DNA of 64,000 bases, taken from the NCBI GenBank assembly GCA_947453225.1, contig CANGFV010000001.1, positions 2,737 through 66,736 on the forward strand, written 5' to 3'. The notes beneath the pieces are model-generated. The model was not told the origin of the DNA. It did no database searches and saw only the letters and a program-made list of their open reading frames with translations. The stretch is from Pseudomonadota bacterium. GTDB taxonomy: Bacteria; Pseudomonadota; Gammaproteobacteria; Steroidobacterales; Steroidobacteraceae. The position numbers and the translations under genes were made by a program. Every line of letters starts with the position of its first letter. The first letter of the stretch is position 1. Positions 19,158 to 28,457 of the stretch are shown here, in pieces.

Positions 19158-19463
19158 GAGAGCACCTTAACTGTTAAGTTGCTGTTGATAATATCAAAAA
19201 AATCAGTTGATCTAATTCTAAGTCGCGATTATCCCAAATTTCATGGGATTTTACTGTGACCTGCCTCAAGTTTTATTTAAGGGAATATGAGTAGTACGAT
19301 GGCCAATCATTAAGTCCATCCGCTACTCAAACTGGGGGGACGTCGTTAGTTCAGTCTTTAGTTATAAGGCCGATATCTAATATTGGGACGGCAACTGTTG
19401 CTTCTATAGTAACGATTACTAAAAAGAAAACAATGGTATATGGAATCAGGGATTTATACATTT

Positions 19464-20777
19464 CTAGCTAATAGCAGGAACCTTATCTCTGGCCTTTGGG
19501 TTTTGGTTAGGGTTATTGTTCTTGTTCGCAAGGTGCAAGCAAACGATCAAAAGTGAGGCAAGCCAGATACGAATTTCAGATTTTAGGTAGTCAACAAACA
19601 TGTCGCCAATCATTATTGCGGCAATCATTCCGACCAGGCCTGGGGTTATATTTCCGATTAGTCCGGTCTTGTTTTTTGAGCTTTTTAACAATTTTATTGC
19701 CATGGCTGACATCCAATAAAAATACATTAGATAGAAGGCAATGCCGAAGATGCCTTGTTCAACTAATAATGATAAAACTGTGTTGTGAGATGATCTGCCT
19801 CGGTTATCTTTAGTCCCTGTAAGGTATTTGTCGTCTAAGTATTGAGGGCTCAAAACGGCTGTGCAGCGATGTCCGCAGCCAAATGGATGACTCTTGAACA
19901 TGTCCAGTTGAGCTTTGGCAATTACAAGTCGGCTACTACCCGTGTCAACTCCTTCGACTTGTTCGCCGACTGCTTTCAATGTGTTCATTCGGTCCCAAAA
20001 GGCTTGGTTGGTTAGTGCAAAAAAGCCGAGTACTGCGAGTATGGAAAGTGCTCTAATGAGCCAACGATGATTTTTTTGTGTACATAGGTTAAAGGTCAAT
20101 CCACCTACCGCTGCTGCTAAAAATGCGCTACGGCTAGAGGTTAATATCAGTGCGTTGGCTACAAACGGCATACATAAAGTAATTAGTACTTTTTCCTTTA
20201 ATTTTGCGGTTAGGAAAATTGATGCCCCGATAAAAAGGGCAGACACCATTTGTAATGCTCCAGCATTGGCTTCATTGATGTCAGATCCTCCAAAACTCTC
20301 GAATCGACCTCCATCATATTCTGTATCAGCAACCCAGCCAAGGTAAGTACATCCTAGGATGTGTGCCCATAAGAACCAGTGAAGATGTTTCTCGGAATCA
20401 ATGGTTGTCGTAATAAGCCAAATGAGCATGGCGTACTTTATGTATAGAGCAATCAGTTCACTATGAGTTGTAGGGTCGAGAGCCCATGAGTATTGAACCA
20501 AAAGCCAAATACAAAATAAGCTGTAGCCAATAATGATGCTTTTTCTCCCCTCAGACTTATTTACCTGCGTTTTTTTCTTGTGTATTACGATGGCTACCAT
20601 CGTTACTAAGGCGGCTATTAACGACCAGCGCATGTCTGGGAGCATTGCTCCCCACCACCTTGAGGGTGGATGTAGGTAGTAGGTTGCAACGTAGGTTATA
20701 AGACCGAAAATCGGATGTCTTATAAAAGCGAGGCAGCACCCAATAATAAAACATGCAAAAAAGACGATACCAGTCAT
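19464..20777 (-). CDS. O-antigen ligase / Wzy-like polytopic membrane protein (exosortase-A-associated O-glycosylation-ligase-like)
   Basis: About 10 or more hydrophobic helices with a large periplasmic-type loop. Central block LTSSRSAFLAAAVGGL is typical of the Wzy_C/O-antigen-ligase domain. Confidence 0.75.
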   Translation of the reverse strand: MTGIVFFACFIIGCCLAFIRHPIFGLITYVATYYLHPPSRWWGAMLPDMRWSLIAALVTMVAIVIHKKKTQVNKSEGRKSIIIGYSLFCIWLLVQYSWALDPTTHSELIALYIKYAMLIWLITTTIDSEKHLHWFLWAHILGCTYLGWVADTEYDGGRFESFGGSDINEANAGALQMVSALFIGASIFLTAKLKEKVLITLCMPFVANALILTSSRSAFLAAAVGGLTFNLCTQKNHRWLIRALSILAVLGFFALTNQAFWDRMNTLKAVGEQVEGVDTGSSRLVIAKAQLDMFKSHPFGCGHRCTAVLSPQYLDDKYLTGTKDNRGRSSHNTVLSLLVEQGIFGIAFYLMYFYWMSAMAIKLLKSSKNKTGLIGNITPGLVGMIAAIMIGDMFVDYLKSEIRIWLASLLIVCLHLANKNNNPNQNPKARDKVPAIS

Positions 20778-20800
20778 TATGGATGCTTCTTTGGGTGTAT

Positions 20801-22039
20801 TTATACTAACAATTCAGCGGGTTCTGGATGACTCAAAAACTTCAATGGGCTTGCTGTAAATCCATAAGCGCCCGATTGAAGTACTGCAACCAAGTCGCCT
20901 TCTTCGGCCTCAGCTAATTCCATACGATCAGCCAGTAAATCGAGTGGTGTGCATAAGGGGCCGACTACTGAGGCAATTTCTCGTTTATTGCCCTGAATAC
21001 GATTAGCAATAACCACTGGATAATTTTTACGTATCACTTGTCCAAAATTACCGGAAGCGGCGAGGTGGTGATGCAGTCCACCGTCGGTGACTAGATACAC
21101 TTGTCCACGAGAAATCTTACGATCATTTACTTTGCACACATAGATACCGGCTTCTCCTACCAGATAGCGACCTAATTCTATAATGAGTCTTGCCTGAGGC
21201 AGGGCGTGTCGAGCATGGGTAACTAGACTTTGAAAGTGTTCCTGCAATGAAATCAGATCCAGTATTTGTTCACCAGGAAAATAGGGAATGCCAAATCCAC
21301 CGCCAATATTTAGATGAGTCACTGGACCAGAGGCATGTTTAGCTAGTTCGATAGCAAGGTTCAGTGTTTTTGTTTGAGCCTCAATAATAGAGTCGGGGCG
21401 TAAATTCTGTGAACCGCTGTAAATATGGAATCCGCAAAATTCCAATTGAGTGGTTGCAAGATCGCGTAGTACTTGAGGTACTCGTTCAGCGTCGATACCA
21501 AACTGCTTTGGTCCGCCGCCCATCTTCATGCCTGAAGCCTTTAACTCAAAGTCGGGATTAACGCGAATAGCGATTCGGGTTTTACGGCCTGTGGTTTTGG
21601 CATATTGATTAAGAATTCGAATTTCGCGTTCAGATTCCACATGTACGGTAATACCTGCTACTGCTGCGCGGTGGAGTTCAGACTCTGTTTTTCCTGGGCC
21701 CGCCAGGCTTATGTCTTGTGGATGCGCACCAGCATCTAGAGCAACATCCATTTCTTGAGTGGAAGCAACATCTACGCCGTCAGTTAAGGACACCATGTGT
21801 CTTACCACTGCAGACATCGGATTGGCTTTCATAGCGTAGTTAAGCGCTATATCTTTAGGCAGGATGGCACGTAACTGCTCAATTTTGCGTGTCATGACGC
21901 TTTTGTCGTACACATAAAATGGGGTGCGGCCAACTTCTGCTGCAATTTGCGATATTTTGTGTCCGCCAACGACCAACTCGTCATCCTTGACGCTGAACCA
22001 GGGATGTGGGGCATGTTGAGCGCTGATAAAAATGCTCAT
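20801..22039 (-). CDS. PLP-dependent decarboxylase (DAP/ornithine decarboxylase fold), exosortase-A-associated type
   Basis: PLP-Lys motif YAMKANP, GGGFGIPY glycine loop, C-terminal beta-barrel with VVGPLCTPLD. A 4-nt overlap links it to the upstream ligase gene. Confidence 0.9.
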   Translation of the reverse strand: MSIFISAQHAPHPWFSVKDDELVVGGHKISQIAAEVGRTPFYVYDKSVMTRKIEQLRAILPKDIALNYAMKANPMSAVVRHMVSLTDGVDVASTQEMDVALDAGAHPQDISLAGPGKTESELHRAAVAGITVHVESEREIRILNQYAKTTGRKTRIAIRVNPDFELKASGMKMGGGPKQFGIDAERVPQVLRDLATTQLEFCGFHIYSGSQNLRPDSIIEAQTKTLNLAIELAKHASGPVTHLNIGGGFGIPYFPGEQILDLISLQEHFQSLVTHARHALPQARLIIELGRYLVGEAGIYVCKVNDRKISRGQVYLVTDGGLHHHLAASGNFGQVIRKNYPVVIANRIQGNKREIASVVGPLCTPLDLLADRMELAEAEEGDLVAVLQSGAYGFTASPLKFLSHPEPAELLV

Positions 22040-23631
22040 GCTTTACTTCCCTCGAAAAGAGTTCCTAGTTCAGTCGCAATACGGGGGCGGTCATACTTTC
22101 CATTTGGGTTGCGGGGAAGTGTGTCTCTGTATTCAATTTTTGCAGGCACCATGAATGCAGGAAGTTGTTTTTTGCACTCATTGAGAAGTTTAGTGGTGTC
22201 TTCTGCAATGCCAGGTGCGGTTGCGGCTACAACTACAATGGCCTGTCCTAGTGTTGGGTGCGGCACGCCAACCGCTGCCGCATCTGCAACTAAGCCAGTG
22301 GCAAAGATGACCTCTTCAATTTCACTCGGGCTGACGCGATAACCGGATGTTTTAATCATTTCGTCTGTACGACCTACAAAATAGAGATATCCATCTTCAT
22401 CCATTTTCACGGTATCTCCAGACCACACGGCCATTTCGGTCAGCACCAGACCGGTATCTTGGTTGGGTACGGGTTTGTATCGTTCGCCTGTTTTGATCGG
22501 ATCATTCCAGTAGCCTAGGGCCACTAAAGAACCGCGATGCACCAATTCACCTGGTTCGTGCGCAGCGCATGGACTGCCATCCGGTCTGACTACCATGATT
22601 TCTGCGTTAGGAATAGCTTTGCCCATCGAGCCTGGACGCCGGTCGATTTCTTCAGGCGGTAGATACGTTGATCTAAAAGCTTCAGTGAGGCCGTACATCA
22701 AGTAGGGTTTGGTGCTGGGTAGCGTTGAGCGCAGTTTAGCAAGAGTAGCGTTGGGCATGGCTCCACCTGAGTTGGTGATATACCGTAATGATTGTTTGGC
22801 TTCTTCCGGCCAGTCGAGGTCAGCCAACTGAGACCACAGGGGCGGAACACCGGCCAACCCCGTGATTTTATCTTTGGCGACTAGGTTAATAATGTCGCGT
22901 GGAAAGAGGTAGTCCATTAGGGTCACACTTGCCCCTACGTGAAACGCAGTAGTGAGTTGACTAAATCCATAATCGAATGACAGTGGTAGCACAGCCAGTA
23001 GTCGATCATCGGGTGTGTTGCCTAAATACTGCGCCACACTATGTGCGCCGGTCACCATGTTCCTGTGAGATAGAACAACGCCTTTAGGTTTTCCAGTGCT
23101 GCCTGAGGTGTAGAGGATGGCTGCCATGTCGGTGTCAATGACCCGATGTCTTTGCATGTTAGGTGCGGCGTCTATTGCGGTTTGCCAATTACATATTGCA
23201 TAGGGGGCAGTAGAGTTGACAGACTGGTTTGTTGTCTTATCAACCAGAATGACCTGTCGTAAGTCATGACAGGTGTTTAAGGTCTCTTTAAGAAGCTCGA
23301 ATCGATCGTTTGAGGTAACTAAGGCTCGCACATTGCAATCACGAAGAATGTGCTCGACTTGAGCAGGTTTAAGTACGGGATTGATAGGAACAAATACGCA
23401 GCCTGCCGCAACGGTACCAAAAATACTGACTACAGTTTCATATTGCTTCGGTAGGAAGATAGCGACGCGCTCTTGACGGTTGAGGTCGAGTGCCAATATC
23501 GCATTACAAAACGAATCTATGTAGTCCTGAAGCGCTCCATAAGTATAGGCCGACTGACGATGTCGAATAGCTATCCTATCAGGGGCATTTGCTGAGGAAA
23601 TTTCCGTTAGTTCATGGAGCAGAGTGGTCAT
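22036..23631 (-). CDS. AMP-forming acyl-CoA/acyl-ACP ligase (adenylate-forming superfamily), exosortase-A-associated type
   Basis: AMP-binding signature LYTSGSTGKPKGV; YGLTE; GDTVKMDEDGYLYFVGRTDEMIKTSGYRVSPSEIE; C-terminal PRNPNGK. Confidence 0.9.
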   Translation of the reverse strand: MTTLLHELTEISSANAPDRIAIRHRQSAYTYGALQDYIDSFCNAILALDLNRQERVAIFLPKQYETVVSIFGTVAAGCVFVPINPVLKPAQVEHILRDCNVRALVTSNDRFELLKETLNTCHDLRQVILVDKTTNQSVNSTAPYAICNWQTAIDAAPNMQRHRVIDTDMAAILYTSGSTGKPKGVVLSHRNMVTGAHSVAQYLGNTPDDRLLAVLPLSFDYGFSQLTTAFHVGASVTLMDYLFPRDIINLVAKDKITGLAGVPPLWSQLADLDWPEEAKQSLRYITNSGGAMPNATLAKLRSTLPSTKPYLMYGLTEAFRSTYLPPEEIDRRPGSMGKAIPNAEIMVVRPDGSPCAAHEPGELVHRGSLVALGYWNDPIKTGERYKPVPNQDTGLVLTEMAVWSGDTVKMDEDGYLYFVGRTDEMIKTSGYRVSPSEIEEVIFATGLVADAAAVGVPHPTLGQAIVVVAATAPGIAEDTTKLLNECKKQLPAFMVPAKIEYRDTLPRNPNGKYDRPRIATELGTLFEGSKA

Positions 23632-23839
23632 TATTAATTGCTATATGTTAACTTGCTTCAAATCTGTATCCTTGACCATTGATATATTCATTTTAATTCT
23701 CTCATTTTACTGAATTTTTGTATGATTGCTCGGCAGGGTTTTACATATCTATCTAGAAACACTGGATTTAACTATTATTAATTATAGGTTGTATGGACAT
23801 GTTGTTCTCAAAAACAAATGGATTATTTAGGGGGCTTTA

Positions 23840-24934
23840 ATGTCAGCGCAGGAGTCAGTGCTAAGATTTATCGCATTCTACCTGCCGCAGTTTCATCCAA
23901 TTAAAGAAAATGATGAGTGGTGGGGTAAGGGATTTACAGAGTGGACAAATACGGGTAAAGCGCGTCGGCGTTTTATTGGACATTATCAGCCGCACGTTCC
24001 TGCTGATCTTGGATACTATGATTTAAGGGTACCAGAAGTTCGTGTGGCTCAGGCAGAGCTCGCTAGATCATATGGTATAGAAGGGTTTTGCTATTACCAC
24101 TATTGGTTTGGCGATGGACGTAGACTGCTAGAAAAGCCATTTCAAGAGGTTCTAGCATCTAGTCAGCCAGATTATCCGTTCTGTCTCTGCTGGGCTAATG
24201 ATACCTGGACAGGTATTTGGCATGGCGCACCAGACCGCACATTGATTGAACAGAAATATCCTGGCGCTCATGATGATGAGGCTCATTTTGCTGCCTTGCT
24301 ACCCGCATTTAGGGATAAACGATATATCCGTATTGACGGCAAGCCCATATTTATAGTGTGGAGGCCTTTCGGTTTCCCGAATCCATTGGCCACCGTTAAT
24401 CGTTGGAGGTTAATGGCAAAGGAAGCGGGTTTGCCGGGCTTATATCTTGTTGGGATTTTTAGGCCGGGTGGAGGGCAGCCTGAGGATTACGGATTTAATG
24501 CCTCGGTGCATAATGATAATCCACAACTTCGCCCATGGGGAACATGGAAGAATCCGATGAAGCTTGCCTACTATGCTTTACAAAGAAAGTTGGGTATACC
24601 TACTGTGTATTCATATAAGAAGGCAATTGATACCTTTTTACCTAAGCAAATGCCTGATACTAGGTATCCATCTGTAATACATAGCTGGGATAACACTCCC
24701 CGAAGTGGTGTTAATGGTTTAGTGCTGAAAGATTCGTCACCCGAGTTGTTTAGAGTTGCGCTCCGTCGAGCCATCGAAATCATTAAAGATCGACATCCAC
24801 AAAACAAAATTATTTTCCTAAAATCATGGAATGAATGGGCCGAGGGAAATCATCTAGAGCCAGACTTGAGGGATGGGCATGCTTATTTGCAGGTTATATT
24901 GGATGAATATTTAAATAATTCCGTAGGCTGCTAA
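23840..24934 (+). CDS. WbsX-like glycosyl hydrolase/transferase family protein (GH99-like fold)
   Basis: FIAFYLPQFHPIKENDEWWGKGFTEWTN N-terminal signature and the C-terminal SWNEWAEGNHLEPD motif. Confidence 0.8.
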   Translation: MSAQESVLRFIAFYLPQFHPIKENDEWWGKGFTEWTNTGKARRRFIGHYQPHVPADLGYYDLRVPEVRVAQAELARSYGIEGFCYYHYWFGDGRRLLEKPFQEVLASSQPDYPFCLCWANDTWTGIWHGAPDRTLIEQKYPGAHDDEAHFAALLPAFRDKRYIRIDGKPIFIVWRPFGFPNPLATVNRWRLMAKEAGLPGLYLVGIFRPGGGQPEDYGFNASVHNDNPQLRPWGTWKNPMKLAYYALQRKLGIPTVYSYKKAIDTFLPKQMPDTRYPSVIHSWDNTPRSGVNGLVLKDSSPELFRVALRRAIEIIKDRHPQNKIIFLKSWNEWAEGNHLEPDLRDGHAYLQVILDEYLNNSVGC

Positions 24935-24953
24935 TTTAGGGGGGGGCGTTAAG

Positions 24954-25865
24954 GTGGTGAATAAAGTGCGAGAGTTGAGTGTTGCTGTAATTATTCCAAC
25001 CATGTGTACTAGCGCTAGAGCTGATTTATTAGAGCGTGCTATAGATAGTGTATTTTTTAATAAAGAACTGTTGATCCAAGTTATTGTTGTTGTTAATGGT
25101 GATAAGTTCGACAAAGATTTGGTTCACAAGCTGATGAATGATGATAGGTTGTTAATCTTAAAGCAGGTTGCTGCAAATGTTTCTATGGCTAGGCTGTTTG
25201 GTTTATCTCATTCAAATTCAGAGTATTTCTGTTTCTTGGATGATGATGATGAGTTTCTGCCAAATGGTCTTATGTTGAGGGCCAATTACCTTCATGGTCA
25301 TCCGGAAATAGATGTTTTAGTTACAAATGGGGTAATACATAAGGGTGATTCATCGGTGTCATTTATTAATGAAGATGAATATAAAGATATTAATGTTGAA
25401 TTTGCGCTAAGTCACATGAATTGGTTCGCATCACCGGCATCTATGTTTAGAGCAAAATCTGTAGACAGAGAGTTTTTTAATTTTAATTTAAAATATTTTG
25501 AGTGGACGTATCTGCTATTGCTGCTGGTAGAAAAGAAAATACAAATACAGTATGTGACTCATAAAACCTTTATAAAATATGAAAATAATAAAGATTCTGT
25601 ATCAAAAAGTATTGAATATGCAAAGGCTTATCCTGATTTTTTATTAAGCCTCGGCGTGATTAAATTGCCTTCTAAAATTAGGAAGATTTTAGATAAAAAG
25701 TATATAAATGCTCTTCATGGGTTGTCTGAAATATATCTACACGAAGGTAATAGAAAAGACGCTTGGTTGACCCATCTTAAATGTATTAAAAAAGGGGGGG
25801 TGGTCATACCTTTCGTACACGCGTCACTTAATAAGTTCTCTGGTGTGAATGGATTTGATTCTTAG
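24954..25865 (+). CDS. GT2 glycosyltransferase
   Basis: GT-A motifs SVAVIIPTM and FLDDDDEF (DXD). GTG start as given by the ORF track. AT-rich. Confidence 0.8.
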   Translation: MVNKVRELSVAVIIPTMCTSARADLLERAIDSVFFNKELLIQVIVVVNGDKFDKDLVHKLMNDDRLLILKQVAANVSMARLFGLSHSNSEYFCFLDDDDEFLPNGLMLRANYLHGHPEIDVLVTNGVIHKGDSSVSFINEDEYKDINVEFALSHMNWFASPASMFRAKSVDREFFNFNLKYFEWTYLLLLLVEKKIQIQYVTHKTFIKYENNKDSVSKSIEYAKAYPDFLLSLGVIKLPSKIRKILDKKYINALHGLSEIYLHEGNRKDAWLTHLKCIKKGGVVIPFVHASLNKFSGVNGFDS

Positions 25866-27296
25866 TAAAACACGGGATTCAATGCCTTCTGGTCTACCGA
25901 CGATTGCCCACAGTGCATAAATTGCGAGTATGTAAATCATCATTCCTGTTATGGTTAGAAAAGCCAAGTAATAAATGCTTTCTTTACTGTATGGGTAGAT
26001 ATATTTTTTAATTGATATTAGTAGATAGAGCATCATCAGGCTGGATATGGTTGGCCGCCAAATGCATGTGGTAAATTCCTTAATTCGCACATTGATGAGA
26101 TTAAATAAATTTCTTAAATTAAATGGGATGATAGTAATTGTGGCGGCAAGTAATGATAAAGCTGCTCCTTGAGGGCCTAAATAGTGTGTTCCAATAAAGA
26201 ATCCAGGGATTAGAATTAAGACGTAATAGGTGTAATACTTTGTTATTGTTTTTGGTATTCCTAGTGCGTAATACACTGATCCTACGTTGCTTGTTAGTGC
26301 CTGCATCATTCCATAAAAACATAGCATTTTGATAAGTGGTATTGCTTCCAGCCATTTATTTCCCAATAAAGTTGGAACTAATATGTCTGCTATTGAGGTA
26401 ATGCCTAGTGCTGCGGGTATAGCTATAAAGCCTACGCTCTCTAGAACTAATAAATATCCGGCCTTAAGTTCTTCGGTACCCATTTTTGCATAGGCAGGGA
26501 AAACGGCTCTATTAATTGGGGCAACTAATTCTGTTGTAGGTAAATTAGATATTTCATATGCAACGTTATAAATACCTAGTGAGGCCGGCCCGTTTGATTT
26601 GCCAATAATAAAGTCGCCAATTCTGTTTGATGCGAATTGCAAAATATTGGTAGAAAAGCTCCATGCCGAGAAGCTCATTAGTTCATTTCTCTTTGATAGG
26701 GACAGCTTTGGTCTATATGAATTTAGAATATAGCTGAGTAATGTCCCAACGGTTCGGCCTATTAAGATACCTAGAGCAAGTGCCCAGTAACTGCGTAATG
26801 TGACTGCAAGAATCAGTGTTAATACTGTGGCTATGAGTCTTTTTGAGATTAAAAATACAAATTCTTTGTGGAATTGCATTTCTTTTCTGAATGCTACAAT
26901 GCCGATATTTTCAAGAGAACCTACTAGTGGGCTTAACGCCAGTAGATACAAAAGATCTTTGAGGCGCGGTTCGTTGTAAAACGATGCTGCAGGCTGTGCT
27001 AAAGTTACTACGAGCACGCTAGCTAAAAGGCCTACGATCACGTTAAATGTCCATGCGGTGTCATAGTGGGTTCTGTCGCAATCTTTGCGCTGTATTAGTG
27101 CGATATCAAAGCTAAACGACCCTAGCACTTCGAGGATGGCAATGGTTGCTGTAGCAATAGAAACAATACCAAAGTCGGCTGGCATCAGTATTCGAGCCAG
27201 AAATAACATGCTGAACAATCCGATGGATCGCTCTAGCAGTTTAAATAGCACCATCCATGCGGCACCTTTGGCCATTTTTGAATGTAATGAGCTCAA
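25824..27296 (-). CDS. wzx: Wzx-type oligosaccharide flippase (MOP superfamily)
   Basis: 490 aa, about 12-14 TM helices. N-terminus KGAAWMVLFKLLERSIGLFSMLFLARILMPADFGI is typical of polysaccharide-biosynthesis flippases. Confidence 0.85.
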   Translation of the reverse strand: MSSLHSKMAKGAAWMVLFKLLERSIGLFSMLFLARILMPADFGIVSIATATIAILEVLGSFSFDIALIQRKDCDRTHYDTAWTFNVIVGLLASVLVVTLAQPAASFYNEPRLKDLLYLLALSPLVGSLENIGIVAFRKEMQFHKEFVFLISKRLIATVLTLILAVTLRSYWALALGILIGRTVGTLLSYILNSYRPKLSLSKRNELMSFSAWSFSTNILQFASNRIGDFIIGKSNGPASLGIYNVAYEISNLPTTELVAPINRAVFPAYAKMGTEELKAGYLLVLESVGFIAIPAALGITSIADILVPTLLGNKWLEAIPLIKMLCFYGMMQALTSNVGSVYYALGIPKTITKYYTYYVLILIPGFFIGTHYLGPQGAALSLLAATITIIPFNLRNLFNLINVRIKEFTTCIWRPTISSLMMLYLLISIKKYIYPYSKESIYYLAFLTITGMMIYILAIYALWAIVGRPEGIESRVLLRIKSIHTRELIK

Positions 27297-27344
27297 CTGT
27301 ATTCCTTTGCTTCCCTATTAAATTATTTTGAAATAGCTTGTTGA

Positions 27345-28457
27345 TCAAATACTGGCTAATTTCTTTAGCGCAACTACGCATCGAGACGCTGTGTTGCCAT
27401 CCCAATGTTCTGGTCGTTTGCCAGTAACCCACTTTCCATTCAATACTTCATCTATGTTTTTAGCAAGTGTACTGGGTGTTACTAAACGATTTGAACCTTC
27501 GGTCAGTGTAATGGGGCGTTCTGTGTTTTCACGTAATGTTAGGCACGGAATGCCTAAATAAGTGCTTTCTTCTTGCACGCCGCCTGAGTCAGTAACTACT
27601 GCTTTCGCACTGCTGACCAAATTCATAAATTGAATGTACCCAAGCGGTTCGGTCAGTTGAATGGCGTTTGCTTGTTCTAGTTGATTTAACAGTCCAAATT
27701 CTTGAAGTCGCTTGCGGGTCCGCGGATGCACGGCAAAGACCAGGGGTAGTTTTGTAGAAATATGAACCAACTGATCCACTAGGGTTTTAAGTACATTGGG
27801 ATCATCCACATTGGAGGGTCGATGTAGGGTAAGAATGCCATATTTTCCTGCCTCAAGTCCCATGCTTACGCGCGTCTGATCAGCTTCAATCTGTGGTCTA
27901 ACCATCACATAAGAATCAATCATGATGTTTCCGACGCGTTCTATACGATCGGCGGGTACGCCTTCAGCCAATAAATTTTCATCGGCATCTGGTGAGGGGG
28001 TCCACAATACATCTGAAATTGCATCTGTAACCAAGCGGTTGATTTCTTCTGGCATGTGTCGATCGCGACTGCGTAAACCGGCTTCAAGATGAATGACGGG
28101 AATCCATAATTTAGTACCCACTATCGCACAAGCCGCTGTTGAGTTGACGTCGCCGACAACAATGATCCAATCGGGCTTTTCAGTCATGCATACTTTTTCG
28201 TAAGCGATCATTACACCGCCAGTTTGTTCAGCGTGCGTACCGCTTCCTACGCCTAGGTGAATATGGGGCTGTGGCATATTCAGATCGCGGAAGAACGCAT
28301 CGGACATATTAGGGTCGTAATGTTGTCCCGTATGTACCAATTTAGGTGCACACCACGATTCACGAGACAGCGCGTGATAGAGCGGCGCGATTTTCATGAA
28401 ATTAGGTCGCGCAGCTGCAATCAAGTGGATGACGAGTGGTTTTTTATGGTTGTTCAT
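27345..28457 (-). CDS. wecB: UDP-N-acetylglucosamine 2-epimerase (non-hydrolysing)
   Basis: Full-length match to the WecB pattern (ARPNFMKIAPL, VHTGQHYD, GDVNSTAA, HLEAGLRS, PEEINR, TDSGGVQEE). Confidence 0.95.
   Translation of the reverse strand: MNNHKKPLVIHLIAAARPNFMKIAPLYHALSRESWCAPKLVHTGQHYDPNMSDAFFRDLNMPQPHIHLGVGSGTHAEQTGGVMIAYEKVCMTEKPDWIIVVGDVNSTAACAIVGTKLWIPVIHLEAGLRSRDRHMPEEINRLVTDAISDVLWTPSPDADENLLAEGVPADRIERVGNIMIDSYVMVRPQIEADQTRVSMGLEAGKYGILTLHRPSNVDDPNVLKTLVDQLVHISTKLPLVFAVHPRTRKRLQEFGLLNQLEQANAIQLTEPLGYIQFMNLVSSAKAVVTDSGGVQEESTYLGIPCLTLRENTERPITLTEGSNRLVTPSTLAKNIDEVLNGKWVTGKRPEHWDGNTASRCVVALKKLASI

Noticed and set aside
12880-19460. Whether the AT-rich block is a mobile genetic element or prophage remnant.
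   Set aside because: I could see no integrase, transposase, tRNA attachment site, or direct or inverted terminal repeats. All the genes are EPS-type, so I treat it as a variable glycan module instead.
21947-22342. 131-aa plus-strand ORF across the ligase/decarboxylase junction.
   Set aside because: It is wholly antisense to two strongly motif-supported genes, and its composition is low-complexity (Ser, Ala, Thr). It is likely spurious.
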